Below, piece after piece: positions 23,380 to 37,288 of a stretch of DNA of 64,000 nucleotides. Within the stretch, counting starts at the first letter, position 1; each line of letters starts with the position of its first letter. Under the pieces are notes generated by a model. The model ran no database searches and was not told where the DNA came from. It saw nothing but the letters and a program-made list of their open reading frames with translations. This stretch comes from Octopus bimaculoides (lineage: Eukaryota), in the NCBI RefSeq assembly GCF_001194135.2, contig NC_068984.1, positions 34,560,409 through 34,624,408 on the forward strand, written 5' to 3'. A program made the position numbers and the translations under genes.

Positions 23380-24256
23380 AGACAAGCAAAACAGAAAATC
23401 AAAAGCCCTACTAGGAACTGTACGCATAATATGCGGAGCACTTTAACTACAAGAAAAAACGCAAAACGGAAAACAAAGTAGCCAAAAAGTAATTTTCCAG
23501 TAAATGTCAGATGAAACGGATAAAGAGTCCTGTAAATGGTTAAGGCATGGATTTTATAAGACGTGAATGTTTGCTGCTCAACAACAAGCTTAAGAAACTG
23601 ATCCAATTTTATGTAGCATTGATAAAACAGCAGAAACTGCAGAAACACCTTGGTATATATTATGTAAAGGAATTAGCTGAGATAGTTAGATATGTAATTA
23701 GTAGATGCTCAAAACCGGTCCAAAAGGAGTACAAAAAAACAAACAAACACAATGTCAATATGGAAGTGAGAATAGACAGGGTGTTGTTCAGAAAGTATGG
23801 GCTATAAAGTTCCAACGAGCAGTATGAGCACCAACCTTTAGCAGTAACAGAGAATGATCATGTGAAATTCACAAAGGATATGCCTACCTACACAGCTCAC
23901 TCATCAGATATCAGTTTTCTACGGTATGAGTCCAAAGATTTGACCTCCATCGAATTAGCCCAGAATAGTGTGAAGATAGACAACGAGAAAGTCGACAAGC
24001 TCCAAAACCTAGCACTGGACGTTAAGTCCGCCCGTAGAACTACAAAAGTGAATATGTTACCTATTGTAATGGGAGCATTCGGGATCATCTTACAGAAAGC
24101 ATCTTGCAGAAACTGACATGAAATGCTACAAATGCCAAAGTTTATCGGAAATGAATTGCTCGCAGCATTACGTAAAACAAAAAGTGTGTTGAGGAGAGTG
24201 TTGCGTCTCAAACTTCGAGGAGTTGCGATGTGATATAGATATCTCATGAGGAAAGA
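23380..24256 (+). mobile_element. Old, decayed R4/Dong-type 3' fragment
   Basis: Frameshifted motifs: KWLRHG..FAAQQQA..VRYVISRCSKPVQKEYK..VLFRKYGL..QYEHQPLAVTENDHVK..KVDKLQNLALDV..LPIVMGAFG. Followed by (AAT)n at 24257-24311. Confidence 0.75.
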
Positions 24257-24311
<55 letters not shown>

Positions 24312-24312
<1 letters not shown>

Positions 24313-24513
24313 GATCAATGCCTACCTACAAAGAACTACCAGGCCAACATATTAAAGAACGGCAGCTCCCCATTATGTCGTACATGCCAACAACAAAATG
24401 AGACCATCGATCATGTTGTCTCCATGTGCAGTCTGCTTGCGCCTACAGAGTATCTCAACAGGCATGATAGAGCTGCACAATATATTCACTGGATAATATG
24501 CAAAAACCTGGAC
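24312..24513 (+). mobile_element. R4/Dong-type fragment (probably subfamily 5), zinc-knuckle region, runs into a gap
   Basis: DQCLPTKNYQANILKNGSSPLCRTCQQQNETIDHVVSMCSLLAPTEYLNRHDRAAQYIHWIICKNLD, starting right after (AAT)n. Confidence 0.9.
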
Positions 24514-25501
24514 NNNNNNNNNNNNNNNNNNNNNNNNNNNNNNNNNNNNNNNNNNNNNNNNNNNNNNNNNNNNNNNNNNNNNNNNNNNNNNNNNNNNNNN
24601 NNNNNNNNNNNNNNNNNNNNNNNNNNNNNNNNNNNNNNNNNNNNNNNNNNNNNNNNNNNNNNNNNNNNNNNNNNNNNNNNNNNNNNNNNNNNNNNNNNNN
24701 NNNNNNNNNNNNNNNNNNNNNNNNNNNNNNNNNNNNNNNNNNNNNNNNNNNNNNNNNNNNNNNNNNNNNNNNNNNNNNNNNNNNNNNNNNNNNNNNNNNN
24801 NNNNNNNNNNNNNNNNNNNNNNNNNNNNNNNNNNNNNNNNNNNNNNNNNNNNNNNNNNNNNNNNNNNNNNNNNNNNNNNNNNNNNNNNNNNNNNNNNNNN
24901 NNNNNNNNNNNNNNNNNNNNNNNNNNNNNNNNNNNNNNNNNNNNNNNNNNNNNNNNNNNNNNNNNNNNNNNNNNNNNNNNNNNNNNNNNNNNNNNNNNNN
25001 NNNNNNNNNNNNNNNNNNNNNNNNNNNNNNNNNNNNNNNNNNNNNNNNNNNNNNNNNNNNNNNNNNNNNNNNNNNNNNNNNNNNNNNNNNNNNNNNNNNN
25101 NNNNNNNNNNNNNNNNNNNNNNNNNNNNNNNNNNNNNNNNNNNNNNNNNNNNNNNNNNNNNNNNNNNNNNNNNNNNNNNNNNNNNNNNNNNNNNNNNNNN
25201 NNNNNNNNNNNNNNNNNNNNNNNNNNNNNNNNNNNNNNNNNNNNNNNNNNNNNNNNNNNNNNNNNNNNNNNNNNNNNNNNNNNNNNNNNNNNNNNNNNNN
25301 NNNNNNNNNNNNNNNNNNNNNNNNNNNNNNNNNNNNNNNNNNNNNNNNNNNNNNNNNNNNNNNNNNNNNNNNNNNNNNNNNNNNNNNNNNNNNNNNNNNN
25401 NNNNNNNNNNNNNNNNNNNNNNNNNNNNNNNNNNNNNNNNNNNNNNNNNNNNNNNNNNNNNNNNNNNNNNNNNNNNNNNNNNNNNNNNNNNNNNNNNNNN
25501 N

Positions 25502-25606
25502 AAGAAGAAGAAGAAGAAGAAGAAGAAGAAGAAGAAGAAGAAGAAGAAGAAGAAGAAGAAGAAGAAGAAGAAGAAGAAGAAGAAGAAGAAGAAGAAGAAG
25601 AAGAAA
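25502..25606. repeat. (GAA)n microsatellite, about 35 units
   Basis: Direct reading. Confidence 0.95.
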
Positions 25607-26539
25607 GATATCCATGAAGGAGGTAGGTGTAGTTAAAATGAGAGATTGAGTGAATATATCGTTGATAAGTCATGTCTCAGGAAATATAAAGATAAGAATA
25701 ACTAAACACCATATCTTACTTCCAAAACTTATTTGCTTTAATTCTAGTTAGAATGACAGTTGCATAATATGATCATATAAACTCTCCGTTTGTATTCTTC
25801 GTGTATTTTAATCTTCCCTACCCCCTTTTTGTGTGTTTATTTTTACTCTTGCGTTACTTTAGCATAATCAACAATGTTGGCTGGAGGGAAATATATAATT
25901 GGAAAAGTAATAAACACTTTCAAGCTTGCAATGAAAAAAGACATATCACAACAGGTATGTAATAATGAGATAAGGTTAATTAATTTTTCACCCTCCATCT
26001 AAATAGAAAACGCAAATTCAACTTCGTTCAGATGCCAATAATTATTCTGTTTGTCTTTTCGAAACTCTATTGTTGACTTGATAATAAGAGGAATATGTGA
26101 GAGTTACTACGTGTAGTTTGTGATTCGAATTTAAAGAAGCGGGATCATTTTTATAACTAAGATTACATGTAATCTAATGAATGTGAATTATAAAATGGTT
26201 AAACGAAATCAGTTATTACATAAATATCATTGGTATGCTACTTCCATAACTTATTTGTTTTAAATCTACGTATGTGATACAAGAAATTTACAAACAAGTA
26301 TACCAGTTCTATGTGTTTTTCTGTGTACTTGATTATACACATACGCACAGGAATCAGCACGCGCACATGCATACGCATATATACATTGAAACTCTCATAA
26401 AGAAACTTACACAAATGTTAATAAAATTATTTAACGAAGATGTATAAGAACATTCGCGGAACCAATTCCCCATATATGTTTAACAGTAATACAAATATAT
26501 ATTTAAGATGTGTAACCTGAAATGTTAGGTAAGAAATGT

Positions 26540-27380
26540 GTCTGAAAACGCTTTGATACGATTTCCTTTATTAAAATCGAAAACCACATTCACTAACTCC
26601 TTTCACTCCACTCAGGTTTCCACCGTCTCTGATACATCCTTAATTTTCTCAACAGTACTACATGGATATCTCGTCGTACTCCCACCTTTTCCTAACCTTA
26701 TGACTTCAAATCATCCAATTCTATTACTTCAAAATCCTCCATTTTTTCACCTTATATAGCTACAACTGTAATTGTTTAGAACCGATCTAAACGTGGTCAG
26801 TCTATCCATATGAAATAAGTACTCTCCCATCTGTATTCAAGAGCTGAATTTCCCTTGCTTGTGTCAATGATTACGTTCCGTCCATATACTTCATGTCCGG
26901 AATCTAAATCACGACTCCTACGAGAAACCTACTACCCCAATACTGTACACCTGTAGTGCAGAATCCAACGCTACTGCCCCTGCCTACAATCTAACCCTAT
27001 TACGTGTGTTTCATTTCTCACCGTTCCTTACGTTCAGCTAGCCCACAAATTATGCAACAGTTTCTGTTCACATCATCTAATTTCCCGCCCTCTTTCCTCC
27101 TCGAGGGCCACATCTCTGTTCTCGTTCCTGGTTTCTTTTTAAGATCTCCCTCACTGGACGTAGCCATGGTTGTTACTCCACATTAAGGACTCATTCCTTT
27201 GTATCTTTAACAACCTCATACATGCTTTCGAATTTCTTTAGTGGAAGTTGATCTACCACAGGTAAACAAAGCCAACCGACTTGACAATAGGTCGCCTCTT
27301 TAACGATATTTCTGCCCCAATCACTCTTCATATCTTCGGTCTTAGGTTCGGATTCCAACATCGAATCTCGATTCATTCAT
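26540..27380 (-). mobile_element. Possible highly decayed LINE RT remnant (RTE-like)
   Basis: Locally higher GC and a weak RT-like word (FESMYEVVKDT). No intact motif. Confidence 0.25.
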
Positions 27381-27829
27381 CTTCAGTGAGAATATCAAAG
27401 CAACCTCTCTCTCAAAAATCACCTGCAGCAAGATTTGAGCCCACAACATAAAAGAACACAGCAAAAATAGTATCGATTTTTCGGATTCAGGATCCCTAAA
27501 AACGCCAAAACGAATGTTACGAAAAATATATTTGAATATAGGAGTGAACAATAAGAAGGGATAACAATGATTAAAAGAAAGGCGATGGCAATAATTGTCG
27601 GTATATTTTTGTGATGATAGTTATGTTAATGATGAAGATGGCCATAAAGCGAATGATAATGATAAACGAGTGTATCAGAAGAAATGTGTTCAATGATTGA
27701 ATGATCGATGAAAATGAATCCTTAATGAATGTGATTATTATGTAGATTTCGAAGAGGATGACAGAGAGAAAAACATTCATAGCGACATAAATATCAAGAA
27801 GCATTATTAAAATCAAAACAAAATATAAG

Positions 27830-27831
27830 TA

Positions 27832-27869
<38 letters not shown>

Positions 27870-27884
27870 ATAAATAAATACAAA

Positions 27885-27974
<90 letters not shown>

Positions 27975-28020
27975 TATTATTATTATTATTATTATTACTA
28001 TTATTACTATTATTATTGTC
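27830..28020. repeat. Compound (GAT)n-(AAT)n-(ATT)n array with strand switch near 27973
   Basis: Direct reading. Confidence 0.9.
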
Positions 28021-28237
28021 CTTGTTGTCGTCTTTGTTATTATTATTGTTATTTTATTTATTGGCCACTAGGCTCGAAATATAGGATTATAACAACATCA
28101 ACAACAACAACAATAATAATAATAATGATAAAAATAATAATAACGCAATAATAATAATTGGTAATATTACTGCACATGATTAATAATATTAGAGCCTTAC
28201 TATCTGCATTATCCTCGTTACTTGTAGTGTTATTATC

Positions 28238-28310
<73 letters not shown>

Positions 28311-31191
28311 GTTATAGTAAGCACTTTTGTAATGAAAGTAATAACATCCTCAATGACACAAAGCAAAAGTAATAACGAACAAAAGTATAATCTAATTCTA
28401 TATCCTTTGTTCTAAATGTTTTGCTTTTGCTGCTTTTGTTATAATTGACATTGCTAAAGATTATAATATAATAAACACCATAGAGAAACACAAGTTAATT
28501 ATCAGAGAAAAAATGTGAAGAACAAGCACAAGTATGTAAATTTAACCGACAGCGATAACGTTGAAAGATTAAATGTCAAACGACGTTGATAATCTGTATA
28601 TTTTGACGATCTTTGTTGACAATGATTGTGATGGTTGATGTTAATAGTAGTGATGGTGTTAGTGATGGCGATATTAGAGGGCGTAGTGTGGCTCAGGGTT
28701 GTGGTAGTGATGGTGGAATGAAAGGGAGAAACTGTGGTTGTAAGTTTTATTTTTAATGTCTTAATGAATATATATGACCGGCAAATGTTCCACAAGGGGG
28801 GGATTAATTAAAGGCCCGTAACTCTATACAGTAATAAACAAAGATGAAAGGAAAACGAATACTTCAGAGCAGCCAATAAATTAAAATTCAATAAGAGTAG
28901 AAATAAAAAAAAAAAAGTTAAAAAACTGTTGTGTTCACAAAAAATCAAAACAAGAAAAAAATTAAAATGATTAATAACACCAAAAATAAATCGAACGAAT
29001 TATTATAATGTCATTAATTATGATGATATAGTTAATGTAATAATAATAACAAATATGATAAGAAGAAACATGGACGCGCTTATGATAATTATGATGATGG
29101 CGATTATAGTGAAGAAGAGAACAATGATTAAAAAGTGTGGGTGGAGTATGATTATGAAAATAACAACGACGAGAAAAATGATAATGATGTTAAATCGAAG
29201 AATAAAACGTGCAATAAAAAATATGAAAACAACAATAATTGAAATAAAATTCTTATTATATAAAAATTATAATAATATTGATGTTAATGAGACAATATGC
29301 ACATAATATAGAATATGCTCAACATTATACTAGAGTTTCCACCTCGTGTTGCTAAATATGCGTTATTTCGTATTTATTCAAATTTTTTCACTTACTTAAT
29401 CATTTGTCGACACATACATACTCATTAATATACGCGCGTAAACGCATACAAACACACACAGACACACACAGACACACAGCTACACCATATNNNNNNNNNN
29501 NNNNNNNNNNNNNNNNNNNNNNNNNNNNNNNNNNNNNNNNNNNNNNNNNNNNNNNNNNNNNNNNNNNNNNNNNNNNNNNNNNNNNNNNNNNNNNNNNNNN
29601 NNNNNNNNNNNNNNNNNNNNNNNNNNNNNNNNNNNNNNNNNNNNNNNNNNNNNNNNNNNNNNNNNNNNNNNNNNNNNNNNNNNNNNNNNNNNNNNNNNNN
29701 NNNNNNNNNNNNNNNNNNNNNNNNNNNNNNNNNNNNNNNNNNNNNNNNNNNNNNNNNNNNNNNNNNNATAAATACATATAACTATACACACACACACAAA
29801 TGTTTTATTGTTTTAAACTTTCATGTCATTATAGAAACGTCATTCGCAATTCATATTATTAATGAAATATTACAGATATAAATGAATAAATAAAACAGCA
29901 CATATCAGAATGTATTAAATTTTGAATTTATTAAAACTCTTCATTATGCGACTACACTCCTTGTTGTTGCTCTTTTTAATTTCATGCTGCTCCTGATTAT
30001 TATATTACAGTCACTTGGACAATCATTCTCCATTTAAACTATTGCCTACATAGACTAACAATCAACGAGTGAATGAGTGTAGATGTTTGCCTGCCGTATC
30101 TAAAAATTGGGCAAGATTTTAGAAACAGCAGGTAAGCATCTATGTAATTCTCTACAAATTTGAAATAGGACATACAGTATAGATTCGTAGTCCAGAATGC
30201 TTGATGCATACCTGTTGTATGATAGAGCCATTCCCAGAATGACTTTGATTAATTTTCTGTTCAGGTGTCGATCACTGTACAGTAACAACAACTACCACAT
30301 CAACAACAGCAACAATGACTACAACATTATGTCAATAATCAATCAACTATTGATGATAATGGTTCGTGACGATTAATTGATTATTTCTTCATTTGTTCCC
30401 CTTGGAGATTCTCCTCATCAGCATGGTACGTAAATTTGGTGTTCTCGATTTTCATAAATAAATCGTAAATGCAGAAAGCTATTAATCTTATACGATCCTA
30501 CTCGTTGGACATTCCAATGTACAGTTATGTCCGCAAACCTAAACTAAGTGCCATCAACGGTTTACGCTGCCATCTTAAATTATTGTCAGGTTTGCAAACT
30601 TCTTCTTCATACATTACTAAAGAATACTGTTCCTACTAGTTCTCTCTCCACAATTATTTATTCTGTGCTTAGGTATTTACACTAACAAGTTTATCACAGG
30701 TATATATATATATATATGGATATGAGTTTGGTGAGATATATTACCCGAGCAGATACCGTATTAGCTCTCAGTTACATCATAGTTAACTGCTAACCACAAC
30801 GATCATTATCTAACGTGAGGGACTACATTTAGTTGGAAGTCATTCCGTGAATTCTTTCGATATTTATGATATTTGACTTCTCTTTTCTTTTATCATATGT
30901 TGGTAAATTTCCANNNNNNNNNNTTACGTGTTCTCTTCAGTGGAAAGTGAAAATTGACAGTAGTGCCACTTAATGTTAATAATAATAATAAAGAATATAT
31001 AGGCTTGTATATCCACAATATTTATGGCATGGTTATGTACAAAATATGACATACACGTGCTTCCGCTACATACGCTTTATTATTATTATTCTGCCCTAGG
31101 TGTACGGAAAACACTCGGCGTATTGTTGTTATTATTATCATCATTATCATCGTCATTATTATTATAATTATTATTATTGTTATTATTATTA

Positions 31192-31252
<61 letters not shown>

Positions 31253-34200
31253 AATCTTTATATTAGTACTGTTTTTTATATCAATTTCTCTGTAACATTC
31301 ACGATTTTCTCGTCCTGTTAATACGCTATCTCTTCATCTGTTGAACTCCAGAATTTATCAGTACTAGTAATCTGTATTACATTGCAAACAATATTATACA
31401 CCGTGATGCTTATTTGTATAGGAAAATATGTGTTTTATACATACGGATATGTTCCGTCTGATTCTCTATGGATACATGGATATAAACACATTTTATCACA
31501 GCCCTCTCTGATCGAACAATCGCATGATGAAATACATCGTATGTGTGTTACACCATCTTATACCTTCCTTGTTTTCAGGACGTTATCGTATAATGAGTTC
31601 GTCTTTTCTGAGTATGCAGCGTGTGTATTTAGGAAAACTTGACTGCCATTCTCTGCAAAGCAAAGTAGCACGAAAGGCATACTTATTGTTGGAGGTATTG
31701 ATGCCTGCCAGTGTGCATATATTATATATACGCATGCTAGTATTATTTCCCAATTTTTTTCATTTCATTTGTATCATTGTGTACACACAGTTGACTCTGC
31801 CATGTGATGTGGTTAATGGTAAACACCTATATAAATGGTATAATTTTTTAATAGTTTTATCTTGTTCAATTCCTACTTTTTTTTTACTTTATAGTACCAT
31901 ACGTCACTGGTTACAACCAGTGACGTATGGTACTATAAATCCCTAGATCTTCCGATCTCCGTATCTCATTTACTTCGACATATTTCTTCAAAGAATGACC
32001 ACCTACACAAATGATGAAATATCTATTGAGACATCACGCGGACCTGTTATACTTCACAGACATTAGCAATTTTGTTTCCTCCACAAAGGCCATCACTAGT
32101 TTCTTCCAACTCAAGCCGTCTGCTTTCATGAAATACGGTAATTGAATGAATAACAAAGAAGTTTGTGACTGGAAAGCTAACAAGCTCAACGACATCTAAG
32201 TAATTCGAAACTTCGATCTTCGGTTGTTGGGTCCGTCTGTGTTCTCTGGTTTTATTACTCTAAAANNNNNNNNNNNNNNNNNNNNNNNNNNNNNNNNNNN
32301 NNNNNNNNNNNNNNNNNNNNNNNNNNNNNNNNNNNNNNNNNNNNNNNNNNNNNNNNNNNNNNNNNNNNNNNNNNNNNNNNNNNNNNNNNNNNNNNNNNNN
32401 NNNNNNNNNNNNNNNNNNNNNNNNNNNNNNNNNNNNNNNNNNNNNNNNNNNNNNNNNNNNNNNNNNNNNNNNNNNNNNNNNNNNNNNNNNNNNNNNNNNN
32501 NNNNNNNNNNNNNNNNNNNNNNNNNNNNNNNNNNNNNNNNNNNNNNNNNNNNNNNNNNNNNNNNNNNNNNNNNNNNNNNNNNNNNNNNNNNNNNNNNNNN
32601 NNNNNNNNNNNNNNNNNNNNNNNNNNNNNNNNNNNNNNNNNNNNNNNNNNNNNNNNNNNNNNNNNNNNNNNNNNNNNNNNNNNNNNNNNNNNNNNNNNNN
32701 NNNNNNNNNNNNNNNNNNNNNNNNNNNNNNNNNNNNNNNNNNNNNNNNNNNNNNNNNNNNNNNNNNNNNNNNNNNNNNNNNNNNNNNNNNNNNNNNNNNN
32801 NNNNNNNNNNNNNNNNNNNNNNNNNNNNNNNNNNNNNNNNNNNNNNNNNNNNNNNNNNNNNNNNNNNNNNNNNNNNNNNNNNNNNNNNNNNNNNNNNNNN
32901 NNNNNNNNNNNNNNNNNNNNNNNNNNNNNNTCTGTTTATTAATCTATCCATTTATTTATTTTCTGTCTGTCTCCGAATTGGTTATATAATCTTAGTCACT
33001 TTTTTCCTCTCTGCTGATGTGTATGTCTACTATGTATATGAAGTTCCGTCGCACTGTCTGTCTGACACTACCTATCTACCAACGTACCAAACACTGTGCA
33101 CACAATTGTACCCATCCGTTTATCAATCTGTATATCTATGTATCTCTTTGCTTGTTTCTTTTTGATAATTCATTTTCATAAAAAAAGTTTAATGTGGGTA
33201 TGTTTACAGATTATTAACATCAACTGTTTTAGTAGCACGTATACATATCTTGTCACAACGAACGTCGGTCAGCTTGACCTTCTTATAGTGTTTCGTCACG
33301 AAAATATCACAAAGTGAATGAGAATATATTAGTCCTATTTTATGTTTTCAAGATACTGACCTTGATTCAAGGATAAAGTAACAGTTCCAAAAGTTCGATA
33401 CCCATTCTTACATAACAAACAGACTTTCCTAAACTCATAAAATTCAGTTGTTGCTTTCTTCATACAAAGGAGATATCATATTATTTGGCCGAATTAGAAT
33501 GTACCTGCCACACTGCGAATTTAATGTTTACAATCCTGCACTGAAGAAAGTGCATGCGTTGTACTAAAAAAAAAAGCTTTATTAGAGGTACGAATGAAAT
33601 GTTACTTACAAAGGCTCATTTCAAAAAAGGACTGTAATATCTTCGGGTAACTACTTCTGCACTCTTGCCTAGTATATTAACATGCTACATTTAAATTCTT
33701 CTCTCCACTTAATATTACGATACAGAAAAAAAATATAAATTTCACCAGTCTATTTTAGTTATTCCAGTATCTATTTAGAACTTAGTTCTTGCGATGGCAT
33801 AGTATATATTTGCAATATTTGGTGTTTTGTACTGATTATTTATATATGACAGGGATAACTAACTTTTGAAAGTACTAATAGTGATTTAATGCACACAATT
33901 GTCTTAGGAAGACGCCAAAAAGTTATGCAATCTCTATGACATCCTGAAAACTACAACCGTCTCTGCACCTGCTTGGTCTTCCGATCACTACTTCACAACT
34001 GCTAAACATACAACTACGTAACACATAACATCCTCAACCACTCTACGATAATTGTAGTCAACGACTGGTTGGAGCACGACCAGTTTTGTATTTATTACAC
34101 CAGGCAGCATATGTGCTTTTCATCTGATCATTCGAAAATGATTAGACGGATGACTGAAACCATATTTTAGGCGTCCTTTGACCGCCCTCACTGAACAAAA

Positions 34201-34669
34201 ATGCAAAGTTTCAACTCCCGCAAGTGATATTCTTGACGTTGTGCTGAAGGGTTTCGGGCAAAAAGTAAGTCCTATAACTGCCAGAAGCTCGCATCTGCTC
34301 ACTAAAACTTAGTGGAGTTCGCCATCTAGCGCGACGCCTGTAAGGTTAGTGTGTGGCCCTCTAAGCAAACTTTCGTACATTACTCAAATTTTAGGCTATA
34401 TCGCCTCCCCAAATGCATTCGATTGTTTTGGTCCCTTGTCAAAAGTCGGTTTACCAACGTTGCTAAGTCACCTACACCTTCAAAACAATGGTTATAATAT
34501 TAGTACTGACGAAATTAAAAAGGCTTCCAGTATCACTCTCCACGTGCATTCAATTCCATTCTACAGCCTCTTCTCCCAAACCACAAAATTCTTCTCTTCC
34601 ACACCAATATCCCCACCCCTCTAACACACCTGCCATCAAACATTAGTATATATTTATATAGGCACAACA

Positions 34670-34827
34670 GGCGTGGCTTTGTGGTAACATCTTGCTTTCC
34701 AAGAAATCATTCTGGGTTTAGTCCCATTGCATGGCCCTTGGGCGAGTGTCTTCTACTATAGCTTCGGGCCGACCAAAGTCTTGTGAGTGGACTTGGTACA
34801 CGGAAACTGAAATTACCCCGTCGTATG
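34670..34827 (+). mobile_element. SINE family B 5' part (runs into a gap)
   Basis: ggcgtggctttgtggtaac...gggtttagtcccattgc...ttctactatagcttcgggccgaccaaagtcttgtgagtggac, homologous to 6966-7082 reversed. Confidence 0.85.
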
Positions 34828-35280
34828 NNNNNNNNNNNNNNNNNNNNNNNNNNNNNNNNNNNNNNNNNNNNNNNNNNNNNNNNNNNNNNNNNNNNNNNNN
34901 NNNNNNNNNNNNNNNNNNNNNNNNNNNNNNNNNNNNNNNNNNNNNNNNNNNNNNNNNNNNNNNNNNNNNNNNNNNNNNNNNNNNNNNNNNNNNNNNNNNN
35001 NNNNNNNNNNNNNNNNNNNNNNNNNNNNNNNNNNNNNNNNNNNNNNNNNNNNNNNNNNNNNNNNNNNNNNNNNNNNNNNNNNNNNNNNNNNNNNNNNNNN
35101 NNNNNNNNNNNNNNNNNNNNNNNNNNNNNNNNNNNNNNNNNNNNNNNNNNNNNNNNNNNNNNNNNNNNNNNNNNNNNNNNNNNNNNNNNNNNNNNNNNNN
35201 NNNNNNNNNNNNNNNNNNNNNNNNNNNNNNNNNNNNNNNNNNNNNNNNNNNNNNNNNNNNNNNNNNNNNNNNNNNNNNNN

Positions 35281-35475
35281 ACTACAGCATCGGAAAATAC
35301 CTTAGGAATGAGAACCCAGATTGCTCGAAATTTCCCCAAGACACCTGATGAAGGCTGGAGGGTATATCAGCTGAAACGTTGTGTTAACAACAAACAAGAT
35401 GAGGACAAATATCCGTCAATAGTAAGTACTGTAAATAATGTACATAATTCCTCATCTCTTAAATATAGAACTGTG
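35281..35475 (+). mobile_element. Penelope-like terminal-repeat fragment carrying a hammerhead motif
   Basis: Contains the CTGATGAAG...GAAAC signature with paired flanks. No ORF is visible, so the family assignment is an inference. Confidence 0.6.
35340..35385 (+). ncRNA. Minimal type I hammerhead ribozyme motif (helix III reduced to a palindrome)
   Basis: Helix I GACAC 35340-35344 / GUGUU 35381-35385; core CUGAUGA 35345-35351 plus an extra A; helix II GGCUG/CAGCU (loop GAGGGUAUAU); GAAA 35373-35376; palindrome AACGUU 35375-35380; triplet GUU 35378-35380. Confidence 0.75.
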
Positions 35476-35619
35476 AATAATAATATAATCAATAAATAAT
35501 AAAATACTATAATATGAATAAATGGCATAATAATGAAAGATGGAATGTCGCCAATCGACCCCACGTTCGATCGGCGTTATTTAACTTTTCAATTTTACGA
35601 ATTTTCTGTTTCAAAAAAT

Positions 35620-36200
35620 GTTCTTTTATAAAACATATTTTCAACGTCAATTCCGTAGTGATACAATTTAGCATGACTTAAGTATGACGGAAATTCAGTT
35701 ATATCCAGTTTTGCCATGGCCCACCTTATATCATCCTTGCAATCTTGTCGCAGCCCCATATGCATGGGGTTTGTCATGATACAAGCCCAATACCTTGGAA
35801 GTAGGTCATAGTAAAAAAAAATTGACTCGCTTCACATCACTTCACTTATCCACCACATTTCTCAATTCTTTGTTTCCCATATTGAACAAAATAAAACAGA
35901 TATCACTGTTTCTACCGTTTTCCATTCTTTCCTTGTTTCTACTTCAATCTTCACCCAGGCTACTTCAATTTCCGGGGAATATCATCTCCCCTTACCATGG
36001 AAACATGTTTTCCAAGATAAAAGGGAAGAAGCGCCCTCTCCTCCGTTTTCATTGATGTCGCAGAGCGTATCTTGGCTGTATCTCGGAAGTTCATCTCCAC
36101 GGTTCCAAATTTACGTGCCTTGTTGAGTTATGTCACCTTCTATATTGGTTACAGTGCCTTTTCAATCAGGCCAACCTCCATTATACAGATTTTCCTCTGT
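35620..36200 (-). mobile_element. Decayed LINE (RTE-like) pre-RT region
   Basis: Minus-strand words VRGDDIPRKLK and LFCSIWET resemble the K-x-PG-x-D-x-IP-x-E / LF-x-x-IW signature upstream of LINE RT domains. Confidence 0.35.
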
Positions 36201-37248
36201 TTCAGAGAGTACGTTCTGTAATAGATGACTTGTTTATGTTCATACTGCATTTTTCCTAGGAGAGGAGACACGTTTTTCATTTTTCACCAAACGACTGCCG
36301 CACGCAGCCACAACACCATCTCGAAAAACAAAAGCCTATCAAATGAACAATACTTCAACTCGAGAGAGAGTGAGCTAATGTACAGAACATACATCTGATC
36401 GTTATAAAGAAATCACTTTTGTAGGTCGTTCGGCGGAAGTTGAACAATCACACGTCATCTTCGACGGGATAGTCCATCATCACATATACAAAGTTGATTT
36501 GTTTATGCTTTTGTTCATAGATGCTAAAATTTTAAATACATATCTATATCTAAATGTTATGCATTTCTAAACAATTTGAAGACAGCAGAGATTTATATAC
36601 ATGTATTGAAGTATATTGTTGCACACAACTGTCTATCATTAAATATATATTCTCGTACACATGACCGCTCGATGTATATTTGTAAGTATTTACATATGTA
36701 CGTGTTTTGAGGAAAAATATGCTAAAAGAATTAAGACTTCAGTGTCATGGATATAAGCAGTATAGATTAAGAAATATCTGTCAATTACAATACAAATATA
36801 CGCTTAATGTAATGAAGTTATTTTGGCTTCCAAAGAACAATAAATAAATTGCTTTCAGTCATTTCTCTAATCTAAATTTAGCGTAGATTATGCAAATTAC
36901 CATACGTTGCAACTCCGTTTGTACATGACTAAATATTTCGTCTACTGTATTGAAACTAGAGTAACTACAACTGGCGCCTATTCAAGAAGAACAAGATGTG
37001 CAAATCTTTCTTCCCCAAAATCACAGTAAATCCGAATGGAGTATCAAATTTCAAGAATTCCGAATGCTTAAAGTTATCTCATATTCTCACTTGGAATTGA
37101 TGGGAATTGTAAAGAATACTTCTTTCCTTTCTTGAGGGTAAGATGATTACTAAAAAGGAAGTATTTACGTTTTAAAAATACTTATAATATATCTATAAAT
37201 ATTCATATACACAACATTTACATGTATAAATGCATACCCATAGATTTA

Positions 37249-37288
<40 letters not shown>

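Noticed and set aside
30395-30425. Minus-strand hammerhead (CUGAUGA-GGAG-AAU-CUCC)
   Set aside because: Helix II forms but is followed by AAGG rather than GAAA, and there is no helix I/III pairing.
32185-32235. Hammerhead-like cgaaac with paired flanks
   Set aside because: The CUGANGA core is absent.
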